A stretch of 64,000 nucleotides of DNA from a virus: the IMG/VR virus record IMGVR_UViG_3300023179_000089, positions 1 to 64,000 of that record. One strand, written 5' to 3'. Under the pieces are notes generated by a model. It was given only the letters and a program-made list of their open reading frames with translations, was not told where the DNA came from and ran no database searches. Shown in pieces: positions 18,400 through 26,334 of this stretch (the stretch's first letter is position 1; each line of letters opens with the position of its first letter). The position numbers and the translations under genes were made by a program.

Positions 18400-18472
18400 A
18401 GTCAGGTGGCAGATTGGGATGCAGGTTGCCCGAAACGGTCGCTCTATACAGGTTCGAATCCTGTCCTGACTA
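18400..18472 (+). ncRNA. tRNA-like RNA 1 (degenerate anticodon arm)
   Basis: AGTCAGG/CCTGACT acceptor stem plus A discriminator, ACAGG-TTCGAAT-CCTGT T-arm; weak anticodon stem without U33. Confidence 0.75.
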
Positions 18473-18489
18473 CTAAAATAAATAAAGTT

Positions 18490-18591
18490 ATGAAAAATGA
18501 AAAATGGTGGAATGGTTTCCTATTAGGACTTTTTATCGGGGGTATACTTGGTATAGTTATACTTGATTTAGTTCAAAGAGGAATACTATAA
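18490..18591 (+). CDS. 33-aa single-TM peptide between tRNA-like RNAs 1 and 2
   Basis: MKNEKWWNGFLLGLFIGGILGIVIL...; A-rich leader. Confidence 0.55.
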   Translation: MKNEKWWNGFLLGLFIGGILGIVILDLVQRGIL

Positions 18592-18595
18592 ATTT

Positions 18596-18701
18596 AGTCA
18601 GGTGGCGGAATGGTAGACGCTCATAGTCGGATTGAATGAATTGGGGGACGATCCTCCAACCACGGAGTGCCCAAATACAGGTTCGAATCCTGTCCTGACT
18701 A
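18596..18701 (+). ncRNA. tRNA-like RNA 2 (anticodon region replaced by multiple hairpins)
   Basis: same acceptor stem and T-arm; Leu-type D-arm GGCGGAATGGTAGACGC; internal TTGGGGGA/TCCTCCAA stem. Confidence 0.75.
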
Positions 18702-18704
18702 CAA

Positions 18705-18994
18705 TGAGTAAGAGATACTCAGCAGACTTGCCAATGTCTCATTTAAACTTGGTAGGGTATTGGACTGGACATCCTTAAACGCCAGTCTCAGTGGGAATAA
18801 AGGCAGGTAGCAGAGCCTCCCAGTAGCTTGACTAATTTTATGAGGGATGCCTCGCAGGTTTATTGAAAGCAAGAAAACCGAAATAACTACTCACCAGTAA
18901 TCTCAAGGTGGGGTCTGTAATGATAAAAAACAAAGGGCAGGGCGCAAAGACACTGAACAACGGGAGAGGCTGAGGAACTTCCATTATCATTACA
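18705..18994 (+). ncRNA. candidate structured RNA(s) between tRNA-like RNAs 2 and 3
   Basis: GC-richer, no long ORF; stems TGAGTA/TACTCA, GCAGACTT/GGGTCTGT, GACTGG/CCAGTC, TGAGG/CCTCG, CACC/GGTG, TGTAATGATAA/TTATCATTACA. Confidence 0.55.
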
Positions 18995-18997
18995 AAT

Positions 18998-19114
18998 AGT
19001 CAGGTGGCGGAATTTGGTTAGACGTACAGTACTTAACCTTGCAACACAGGTAACTCTGTTTAGTTGATTTGCTCACGGTACTGGGATATACAGGTTCGAA
19101 TCCTGTCCTGACTA
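18998..19114 (+). ncRNA. tRNA-like RNA 3 (tRNA-Leu(UAA)-like with a 40-nt anticodon-loop insert)
   Basis: same acceptor stem and T-arm; CAGTA-CT-TAA...TACTG anticodon stem enclosing the insert. Confidence 0.75.
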
Positions 19115-19151
19115 CAAATAACAAAATAATAGAAATAAAACTAAATTAAGC

Positions 19152-19355
19152 ATGACTAACAAAGTAGAAATAAAATCAATTATTCAAGACCTTAACCTTA
19201 TGAATGAAGGAGTAGGTGTTGACGGTGAAACAATGCAGTATATTTTACAGCAAGTGGGAATGGAATGGCAAATGCTTCGACAGTTAATGTTAACAATGCC
19301 ACCGCAGCAAGTACAGTATTTACTGCAAGAGCGTGAAGAGTTACAAATATTATAA
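19152..19355 (+). CDS. hypothetical protein
   Basis: VDGETMQYIL ORF after the array. Confidence 0.65.
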   Translation: MTNKVEIKSIIQDLNLMNEGVGVDGETMQYILQQVGMEWQMLRQLMLTMPPQQVQYLLQEREELQIL

Positions 19356-19647
19356 TCTAAAATTACAAAAACACATAATCCTGACTGCTAAATTAAATAA
19401 CATACACGTGCGTATTCAAGATTTAAAATCTAAGCTTAGATTATCCAGACTGTTACTAAAAACCGTTTCTTACAGAATACTCGCTACTGCTACGACTGTG
19501 GCAATTGCTTATTACTTAGGAATGTCTCTTCAAATTTCTTCTTTACTAGGCCTCAGTGAGCTAATTGTAAAACCAATTCTTTATTTTCTACATGAATTGT
19601 GTTGGCTACCTTACTTGTCAAGCTTGAAGATTCAATCGAACAGTTAG
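19333..19647 (+). CDS. DUF2061-like small membrane protein (start uncertain)
   Basis: KTVSYRILAT...ELIVKPILYFLHE. Confidence 0.65.
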   Translation: MKSYKYYNLKLQKHIILTAKLNNIHVRIQDLKSKLRLSRLLLKTVSYRILATATTVAIAYYLGMSLQISSLLGLSELIVKPILYFLHELCWLPYLSSLKIQSNS

Positions 19648-19822
19648 TGTACACGTACGTACTGCATTGATACTCAATCAGAAATAATTTTACTGTACGT
19701 GCGTACTGTATTCATTTAATTCTTATCTTTATACTGTTCGATAATTGGGACTATCCCGGAGCCAACAAAAAAGAGCCCGGTAGGAGTAAGGCGCCAACAG
19801 ATTTTTTTAAAAAAAATAATCT

Positions 19823-19927
19823 ATTGATACTCAATAGGTTACGTAACGCATTGATAGACATGGTAATAAATTTACCAAATGATTTGGTTCGATTGTATTT
19901 TTACTTATCTTTATGTATAGTAATTAA
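19823..19927 (+). promoter_or_regulatory. early promoter cassette copy 4
   Basis: ATTGATACTCAAT-AGGTTACGTAAC...CTTATCTTTATGTATAGTAATTAA. Confidence 0.8.
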
Positions 19928-19934
19928 TTAAAAA

Positions 19935-20762
19935 ATGAAAGCAGAAACCAAAACCCTAAAAGTTCGTAAAACTCGTAAAGCTCGTAAAACTCGTAAACCG
20001 CGTACTCCGAGAGCAATGCAAGTTGCATTTAATCCTGATATTGTAAAATTAATTAGAGGTCAGGAATTAGACTTTTCAGACGCCGCTTTAGACCCTATGC
20101 CTACCGGAAAAGAGATTGACATTTTATTGTCGACTGAAGGAGGATTAATGCCTGGAACCAACTTAATGCTTTGTGGTGGACCTGGATCGGGTAAGACAAC
20201 TATCGCGTTAGACATATTATCTAACTTAACTAAATCAGGTTATAAGTGTTTATTCGTGTCAGCTGAAATGGATGAAATACAGCATTATAAGTATTGTAAA
20301 CGTATGCCACATATAGGTTGTGTGCAGACATTGTTTTTGAAAAATTATGCAGAAAACCCGCAACCGGTATTAGAATATGTATTCAATCAAGGTTATGATG
20401 TTGTATGTATAGACTCCTTTGCAGAAGTAATAGAATTGCTCCGCGACGCTTATAAATACTCTGAAGCGACAGCTGAAACTTGGTTATTGCATATTCAGGA
20501 TAGAATGAAAAAAGGTGATAATCCTAACAAGTATTTTACGACATTTATTAATATTCAGCAAGTAACTAAAGGAGGTGACTTTGTGGGATCAAATCGTATT
20601 AAGCATATGACAGACGCTATGGGACATGTAGAAAGAAGTAAAGATGGAATGGAAAGAAGTATATACTTTTCCAAGCATAGAGATTGTGATAAAGATTATA
20701 AATTGCTTTTCGCAATAGGATCTGAAGGAGTTCATTATAGTTATGAGCCTGTTAAAGACTAA
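19935..20762 (+). CDS. RecA-superfamily ATPase (RadA/Sms- or KaiC-like)
   Basis: GGLMPG, Walker A GGPGSGKT, SAEM, Walker B VCIDS, QVTKGG...HMTD. Confidence 0.8.
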   Translation: MKAETKTLKVRKTRKARKTRKPRTPRAMQVAFNPDIVKLIRGQELDFSDAALDPMPTGKEIDILLSTEGGLMPGTNLMLCGGPGSGKTTIALDILSNLTKSGYKCLFVSAEMDEIQHYKYCKRMPHIGCVQTLFLKNYAENPQPVLEYVFNQGYDVVCIDSFAEVIELLRDAYKYSEATAETWLLHIQDRMKKGDNPNKYFTTFINIQQVTKGGDFVGSNRIKHMTDAMGHVERSKDGMERSIYFSKHRDCDKDYKLLFAIGSEGVHYSYEPVKD

Positions 20763-20765
20763 TGC

Positions 20766-20844
20766 ATTGAGTATCAATGTAATTAATTTACCTAAATATT
20801 TGGTAGTTTAAAACGATATACTTATCTTTATGTATAGTAATTAA
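20766..20844 (+). promoter_or_regulatory. early promoter cassette copy 5 (short)
   Basis: ATTGAGTATCAAT...TTTGG...CTTATCTTTATGTATAGTAATTAA. Confidence 0.8.
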
Positions 20845-20855
20845 TTAATCAATAA

Positions 20856-21587
20856 ATGAAAAACCACTTAAAACTTTATCAGATCCCTGACAGTTTAGAC
20901 GCTGCGCAAGCTTTTGCAAAAACAATCTCTGGAAAATACATTCATCCATCTTTACGCAATGCAAATTACATTCCTAGTATTCAACCTGTCGAAGAATTTC
21001 GCAAATTAGGATGGCAAATTACCGGTGTAAGAGATTGGAATACAAATGGAAAACCTTTAGAGAATTCAGTTCAAATGACGCATCCTGACTTCGCAGATTC
21101 AGAATCTAAATTAAATTTATTAATTAATAATTCTGCGAATGGAAATTGGCCAATGACAATGTCGCTAGGACTTTATCGAAAAGTATGCAGTAATGGATTA
21201 GTTGCATTTCGCGAAAATGCGACAGCTGTGATTCAACATAAAGCAGGTGTAGATCTTCAATCTTATATTGATGTACTTAATTCGCAAGCCGCGGAAATAC
21301 ATAAAGACTTTGCGCGAATGAAAGACGTCGTGTTGTCGACAGCTCAAATTGAAGAATTTGCGAAAGCAGCTATTGCAAAACGTTATCAACTTTCTTTAGA
21401 AGAAGAATCGAAAATAGATGTCACTCCATTTTTAACGATTAGAAGAGAAGAAGACGCGGGGCAGGATTTATGGAAAGTATTCAATAGACTGCAAGAAAAT
21501 CTTTCTTTAGATTTTACAGATGCAAAACAATATGTAGCATTTAATCGAGAAATTTCTTCTATGGCTTCGACTTTAGTAACTGCATAA
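20856..21587 (+). CDS. DUF932/DUF945-family protein
   Basis: GLYRKVCSNGL, RREEDAGQDLWKVFNRLQEN. Confidence 0.8.
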   Translation: MKNHLKLYQIPDSLDAAQAFAKTISGKYIHPSLRNANYIPSIQPVEEFRKLGWQITGVRDWNTNGKPLENSVQMTHPDFADSESKLNLLINNSANGNWPMTMSLGLYRKVCSNGLVAFRENATAVIQHKAGVDLQSYIDVLNSQAAEIHKDFARMKDVVLSTAQIEEFAKAAIAKRYQLSLEEESKIDVTPFLTIRREEDAGQDLWKVFNRLQENLSLDFTDAKQYVAFNREISSMASTLVTA

Positions 21588-21600
21588 TCAATATATATAC

Positions 21601-21735
21601 ATGAACTCAAAACCTACCCTGACCTGGAATCAATTCACTCAACGTGTTGAAGAGATAGCGCGACAGTATGAATCGAAATCAATAGCTATTCGATTAGCAG
21701 TAGATAAAATGGCAGAGTGTCGAAAATGGTCGTAA
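21601..21735 (+). CDS. hypothetical 44-aa protein (not in ORF track)
   Basis: MNSKPTLTWNQF... Confidence 0.45.
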   Translation: MNSKPTLTWNQFTQRVEEIARQYESKSIAIRLAVDKMAECRKWS

Positions 21736-21738
21736 TTT

Positions 21739-22100
21739 CTAGGGTTTATTATTAAGTAAATCTAGGGTGATACGAGAGTACACCTAGGGTTTTTTCCGTA
21801 TAGATCTAGGGTTTACATGCTAATACACTAGCAGAAACCCTAGATATTGGCCGGAAATCAAGGGTGAAAATCAAGGGTGAATTTCCATGAAAACCAAGCG
21901 AACAAATCGGCGAGCGGGCGTGCATAATTGATTTTTATTGAGACAATAAGTTTTTTCATATAGACCTTGGTCGCAATGGTTAAGGTACCCTTACCACCCT
22001 CAACCGATACTATCAATACATTAACCGATACTATCCACCCTCAACCGATAATTTATCGATACTATCCACCCTCAACCGATCCGTATCCGATCCGGGCCCG
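21739..22100. repeat. iteron-like repeat block (candidate origin or packaging site)
   Basis: CTAGGGT x4 plus 1 inverted, AAATCAAGGGTGAA x2, CCACCCTCAACCGAT x3, several CCGAT. Confidence 0.8.
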
Positions 22101-22146
22101 ATAAAAACCAATACCTTTAAACACGTAATCATCAGACTCTATTAAA

Positions 22147-22389
22147 TTGAAACCAATACACGCAATCCATCAAATCTATCGTCAATTTACAAGCGCAACA
22201 CGCATTGCACTATTCAGTTGTGTATTCCATTGCTCGTGTATGCCAGTACGCACTACACACTGCATTTCCGTGCAGCACGTAGATTCCAATTGGCAATCTG
22301 TATGGGTTGAAGAGCGTGATACCATTGTACGCATCGATTCCATACCACTCTTCACCGTCGGAGATTCCGTGCAATACACGCGCTTTTAA
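22147..22389 (+). CDS. doubtful hypothetical protein
   Basis: TTG start, atypical composition. Confidence 0.3.
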   Translation: MKPIHAIHQIYRQFTSATRIALFSCVFHCSCMPVRTTHCISVQHVDSNWQSVWVEERDTIVRIDSIPLFTVGDSVQYTRF

Positions 22390-22393
22390 TTTC

Positions 22394-22499
22394 ATTGAAT
22401 TTCAATCGGTTACGTAACCTATTGAGTATCAATGGAATTAATTCACCAAATGATTTGGTAAATTGCTCTTAATTTCATATTTTTATGTATAATAATTAA
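22394..22499 (+). promoter_or_regulatory. early promoter cassette copy 6
   Basis: ATTGAATTTCAAT-CGGTTACGTAACCT-ATTGAGTATCAAT, ACCAAA-N3-TTTGGT, TATTTTTATGTATA. Confidence 0.8.
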
Positions 22500-22509
22500 A
22501 TAATTGAAA

Positions 22510-22722
22510 ATGAGAAAATTTGAATCCCACTCCAAACCTATTCGCAGTAAATGCAGCGAGCAAGAATTTGCGACCGTAGCCGCGCGCGATACCAATGCAT
22601 ATCGATCCGTTTACAAGCGTCAGCCATTGGCGACCATTTCGAAATACCAGATGATTCAAGGTGTGCCGCATAAATTGGTTGCGGGTCAATTTCAACCGTT
22701 AACTAGTAAATTGGTAAAATAA
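22510..22722 (+). CDS. hypothetical protein
   Basis: follows the promoter. Confidence 0.6.
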   Translation: MRKFESHSKPIRSKCSEQEFATVAARDTNAYRSVYKRQPLATISKYQMIQGVPHKLVAGQFQPLTSKLVK

Positions 22723-22724
22723 TC

Positions 22725-22955
22725 ATGAGTAGCGTAACAAATTCACAAGATCCGATCAATCCAAATTCTAAAGGGTGGAATGTATTTACTGTATTGTTTT
22801 TGATTTTTCTAACTCTTAAGTTAGGAGAGTTCGGAGTAGTGCGAGAATGGAGCTGGTGGATGGTTACTAGTCCTCTATGGGGGCCGGTGGTTGTAATAGG
22901 GATGATTTTGCTACTTGCTTTAATTGCGAAATGTATTGATGATTTATTAAAATAA
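22725..22955 (+). CDS. phage small membrane protein (WSWW..SPLW type)
   Basis: LFLIFLTLKLG...WSWWMVTSPLW. Confidence 0.75.
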   Translation: MSSVTNSQDPINPNSKGWNVFTVLFLIFLTLKLGEFGVVREWSWWMVTSPLWGPVVVIGMILLLALIAKCIDDLLK

Positions 22956-22970
22956 TAATTGTAATTGAAA

Positions 22971-23225
22971 ATGAAAAAAATTAAAACGTTTTCTGTAGAT
23001 CATTTGTTAGGAATGCGTATGAGCTCGGATCGGCCGATGACAGTTAACTTTCGGCAAGGAAAGAAAAATCAAATAACGTGTAGCGAAGTGCAAGTGCTTG
23101 AAGCGAATTGCACAGGACGAAGACTTACGTTGCAGTTCGCAAATGCAAATCGAGAAGTACTTCGACGTCGAGTGTATTTCGAGCATTTCGAGAAAATAGC
23201 TGAAACGTTCGGAGTAGATATTTAA
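22971..23225 (+). CDS. hypothetical protein
   Basis: ORF in operon. Confidence 0.6.
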   Translation: MKKIKTFSVDHLLGMRMSSDRPMTVNFRQGKKNQITCSEVQVLEANCTGRRLTLQFANANREVLRRRVYFEHFEKIAETFGVDI

Positions 23226-23267
23226 TTTTTAAGATTTGCGATTTATTTACTTAAATATACTCAACTC

Positions 23268-23651
23268 ATGATAAGAATAAACAACATAGAATTTAAAAAA
23301 TACAATTCTAATAAAACAAAAAAACCTTTGTATGAAATAATTAAATGGGAACCTAATCCTTATTACGGTAAAAAACTAGAATATTTTAAAGAAGGTTATA
23401 AAGTAAATCATGAAGGATGGGGTTTAACAAAAAATGGTCATACTATTGATATGGAATTTTTTAATACTCGCGAAACTTGTTTTGTTATAGCTTTTATAGA
23501 AAAAGAAAGTGAAAGTTGGGAACTTAGAAGTGTTGGAGAAAGACTATTAGATTTAACACCTGAAGAATGGAATGATTTTTATCAAGTTTATAGATTAGGA
23601 CAAGCTAAATTAAATAAAAATGCAAAAATTGTCATTTCTAAAAGCATTTAA
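23268..23651 (+). CDS. hypothetical protein
   Basis: ORF, ELRSVGERLL. Confidence 0.7.
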   Translation: MIRINNIEFKKYNSNKTKKPLYEIIKWEPNPYYGKKLEYFKEGYKVNHEGWGLTKNGHTIDMEFFNTRETCFVIAFIEKESESWELRSVGERLLDLTPEEWNDFYQVYRLGQAKLNKNAKIVISKSI

Positions 23652-24204
23652 TTCACCATTCAAGCGACCTAAACTTAAATGGTATTGTGGTAAAACAGCC
23701 ATAGGTACTCCTTATTTCTATCCTAGAAAATGGGTAAAAGGTACACCAAAATTAATTCATGAAGCTGTATTAAAACATATACAAAAAGAAGAAAACTATA
23801 ATAAACTTAACCCAAATTATGCTCGTAAAATAAAATCTTATGATGAACTTTATGAAGAAAAGAAAAATTATCTTTATGCAGTTCCTAAAAAGATAGGATT
23901 TGATTTTGTTGGCTTAGGTTGGAAAACAAAATGGTCAGAAACTGATTATAGATTTGAATGGTCTCCAATGTTTTCATTTGTATTTTTTGGTTATCAAATA
24001 GCTGTAATGTTTATTGTACCTGATCAATCTCATTATTGGGAAGCTTGGTTATATTATGAACTTAATACAGATAAAACTAAGTCTAAAAAAGAAAGAATTG
24101 AACAATGTAAAAAAGAATTTTCTTTAAATTGTACAGTTTATTCTCAAAAAGTAGAAACTAAAGTAAATTATTATGACACAGTACTAAAAGCTAAGTATAT
24201 ATGA
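23620..24204 (+). CDS. hypothetical protein, paralog of 26324-26920
   Basis: shared GKTAIGTPYF.PR, KKIGFDFV, WKTKW, HYWEAWL. Confidence 0.8.
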   Translation: MQKLSFLKAFNSPFKRPKLKWYCGKTAIGTPYFYPRKWVKGTPKLIHEAVLKHIQKEENYNKLNPNYARKIKSYDELYEEKKNYLYAVPKKIGFDFVGLGWKTKWSETDYRFEWSPMFSFVFFGYQIAVMFIVPDQSHYWEAWLYYELNTDKTKSKKERIEQCKKEFSLNCTVYSQKVETKVNYYDTVLKAKYI

Positions 24205-24518
24205 AACTAATTAAAATTAACACAGACCACTATGTAGTAGTAGATGATTCAGAGATTAAAAAAGGGGATTGGACTTATCATCATGTTAAAGGTATATACA
24301 AAGCGGTTACAGATGATGCATATACCAATCAAAAGAAAATCACCCACTCAACACAACCACTTGAATATACAAATGAAGACCATTTACATTGGGATAAAAT
24401 TAAACATATATCTCTCCAAGAAGTAAAAGAACTAATTGGTGAGAAAAGTTGGAAAGGTTATATTGATGGTACAGAGTGGGAAGTAGAAATAGTAGATGGT
24501 AAACTTAAATTAAAATAA
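24201..24518 (+). CDS. hypothetical protein
   Basis: KKITHSTQPL; overlaps the previous stop. Confidence 0.7.
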   Translation: MKLIKINTDHYVVVDDSEIKKGDWTYHHVKGIYKAVTDDAYTNQKKITHSTQPLEYTNEDHLHWDKIKHISLQEVKELIGEKSWKGYIDGTEWEVEIVDGKLKLK

Positions 24519-24519
24519 C

Positions 24520-24762
24520 ATGGAAGACGAATTTATAATTATCAACAAGACAGCTATTCAACAAAAAATAGAAGAGTTACATAAACTTTGTGTTGAAGGT
24601 GAATATCCTTTATCAGCTTTTAATGTAGATTTAGAACACCTTCTATCCCAATCAGTTCCTTTAATTCCTGAAATTGAAAAGGCTTTTGGTGCTGGATGCA
24701 GATGTAAAGATTGGATAGATGGTAGGCAAAACTACATCTCAAACTTAAAACTTGATATATGA
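24520..24762 (+). CDS. hypothetical protein
   Basis: ORF in operon. Confidence 0.65.
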   Translation: MEDEFIIINKTAIQQKIEELHKLCVEGEYPLSAFNVDLEHLLSQSVPLIPEIEKAFGAGCRCKDWIDGRQNYISNLKLDI

Positions 24763-25148
24763 ACACACTAGTAAAATTTGAATTAGCTAAGTTGCTAAAA
24801 GAAAAAAGGTTTGATAAACCAATTAATTCATTTTATACTGATACAGGTAAATTATGGAAACAAAGAAAACAAATACCCACTGCTAATTACAATGCTTATC
24901 CTAAAAATCCTAATTCAAAGTTATTTTACAAGTATGGCTACTCTGCACCAACTATTGCAAAGGTTGTTATGTGGTTATATGAGAAACATGGGATTTGGAT
25001 TGCAGTTACTCAAGAATTAGGTTATACTACTACATTTTGTTACCAAATAATGGGAGAACATATATCAGCTACTTATAAACCATATTTTAAAACACCAACA
25101 AAAGCTTATGAAGCTGCTATTGAATTCACACTTGAAAATTTAATTTAA
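24759..25148 (+). CDS. hypothetical protein (same family as 25148-25516)
   Basis: LAKLLKEK.FD...APT...WL.EKH. Confidence 0.75.
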   Translation: MNTLVKFELAKLLKEKRFDKPINSFYTDTGKLWKQRKQIPTANYNAYPKNPNSKLFYKYGYSAPTIAKVVMWLYEKHGIWIAVTQELGYTTTFCYQIMGEHISATYKPYFKTPTKAYEAAIEFTLENLI

Positions 25149-25516
25149 TGGAAAAAGAATTTATCCCTTACGAACAAGCATTAGCTTTGAAAGAACTTGG
25201 ATTTGATGAACCTTGTTTTGGGTATCACAATATAGACCCCTATTTAAAAATTCCTGCATTTAACTTGGTTAAACCTTTTGAGCATGAATGGTGTTTACCA
25301 GCACCACTCAAACAACAAGTGTTTAGATGGTTTAGAGAGAAACATGGGTATTATATCTCTGTTTTTAGAACTCATGATAATAATTGGGGAGTTGATTTAT
25401 GGTTATTAGGGGTACATAAACCAAAAGCTACAATTTTTGGAGAAACCTACGAAGAAGCAGAAAATGCTTGTCTAAATAAATTAATTGAATTGACTACTAA
25501 TAGGTTACGTAACTAA
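25148..25516 (+). CDS. hypothetical protein
   Basis: ALALKELGFDEPC...WFREKH...TYEEAE. Confidence 0.75.
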   Translation: MEKEFIPYEQALALKELGFDEPCFGYHNIDPYLKIPAFNLVKPFEHEWCLPAPLKQQVFRWFREKHGYYISVFRTHDNNWGVDLWLLGVHKPKATIFGETYEEAENACLNKLIELTTNRLRN

Positions 25517-25594
25517 TTGATTTTTAATAGAAATAACTTACCAAATTATTTGTTTCATTGAAATTGATTACTTATTTTTATGTATAGTAATTAA
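25489..25594 (+). promoter_or_regulatory. early promoter cassette copy 7
   Basis: AGGTTACGTAAC...CTTATTTTTATGTATAGTAATTAA. Confidence 0.8.
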
Positions 25595-25603
25595 ATAATA
25601 AAA

Positions 25604-25828
25604 ATGAAAAATAAACAGACAGCAGTAGAATGGTTAGTTGATTGGATGGATAAAAATCAATACTTTATTGGTAATGATTTAATTCAAGCAGTTGAACAAG
25701 CTAAACAGATGGAAAAAAACCAGATGTTTGATTATATCAAAGAAAACTATGTTAATGGGGAAAATTCATTAAAGTTCCATCAAGAACAATTTGAACAATA
25801 TTACACTGAAACTTTTAAATCAGAATAA
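25604..25828 (+). CDS. hypothetical protein (QTAVEWL type)
   Basis: KQTAVEWL...AKQMEK...EQYYTETF. Confidence 0.75.
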   Translation: MKNKQTAVEWLVDWMDKNQYFIGNDLIQAVEQAKQMEKNQMFDYIKENYVNGENSLKFHQEQFEQYYTETFKSE

Positions 25829-25829
25829 A

Positions 25830-26069
25830 ATGGAAAATAAAATAACATATGAAGAAGCATACAATAAAGCAATAAAAGTAAAATGGAAAGTAGAACCATG
25901 TTTTTCAGGTGAAGATTGTTGGTGCAGGATTATTGTACCTGATGAACCTATAAAATATGGTCCTAATGATGTTGAAGAAGTACAAATTGTTAGTTCAGCA
26001 TCTATAAATAAAAAAATGGCAGAACATATTGTAAACATTCACAATCAATGTATAAATAATGGAAACTAA
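25830..26069 (+). CDS. hypothetical protein
   Basis: start at the A-rich ATG 25830. Confidence 0.65.
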   Translation: MENKITYEEAYNKAIKVKWKVEPCFSGEDCWCRIIVPDEPIKYGPNDVEEVQIVSSASINKKMAEHIVNIHNQCINNGN

Positions 26070-26334
26070 ACAATATCAACCTAGATGGGAAGTAGATTTT
26101 AGTAATCCTAATGCTAATAATATAATTACAGGAACTACTACAGGAAAACCTATAGAAAATAAACAATACACAAGAAATGAAGTACATGAGTTAATGTGTA
26201 AAGCATTTTTAGCTGGTTATAAAAAAGCTGATGTAGTTGAAGCTGGTTTAGAGCCTTTAGAAGAAAAAACTGAATGTGCTTGGATATTAACTAAATATGA
26301 CAGTACACCTAATAAAAATAACAATGAGAAATAA
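26059..26334 (+). CDS. hypothetical protein
   Basis: ORF in operon. Confidence 0.6.
   Translation: METKQYQPRWEVDFSNPNANNIITGTTTGKPIENKQYTRNEVHELMCKAFLAGYKKADVVEAGLEPLEEKTECAWILTKYDSTPNKNNNEK

Noticed and set aside
18400-18472. Calling unit 1 a functional tRNA-Ser(CGA)
   Set aside because: The anticodon stem would have three G.U pairs, C instead of U at position 33, and no long Ser variable arm.
18406-18489. N-terminal part of ORF 18406-18591 (MADWDAG...GSNPVLTT)
   Set aside because: It is a translation of tRNA-like unit 1 (GSNP is the T-loop); the plausible start is ATG 18490.
18935-18982. c-di-GMP-I riboswitch (GGGCGCAAAG) or hammerhead (CTGAGGA) in the array
   Set aside because: Only isolated words match; the GGCAAAC/GNRA P2 arm and the hammerhead GAAA with stems are missing.
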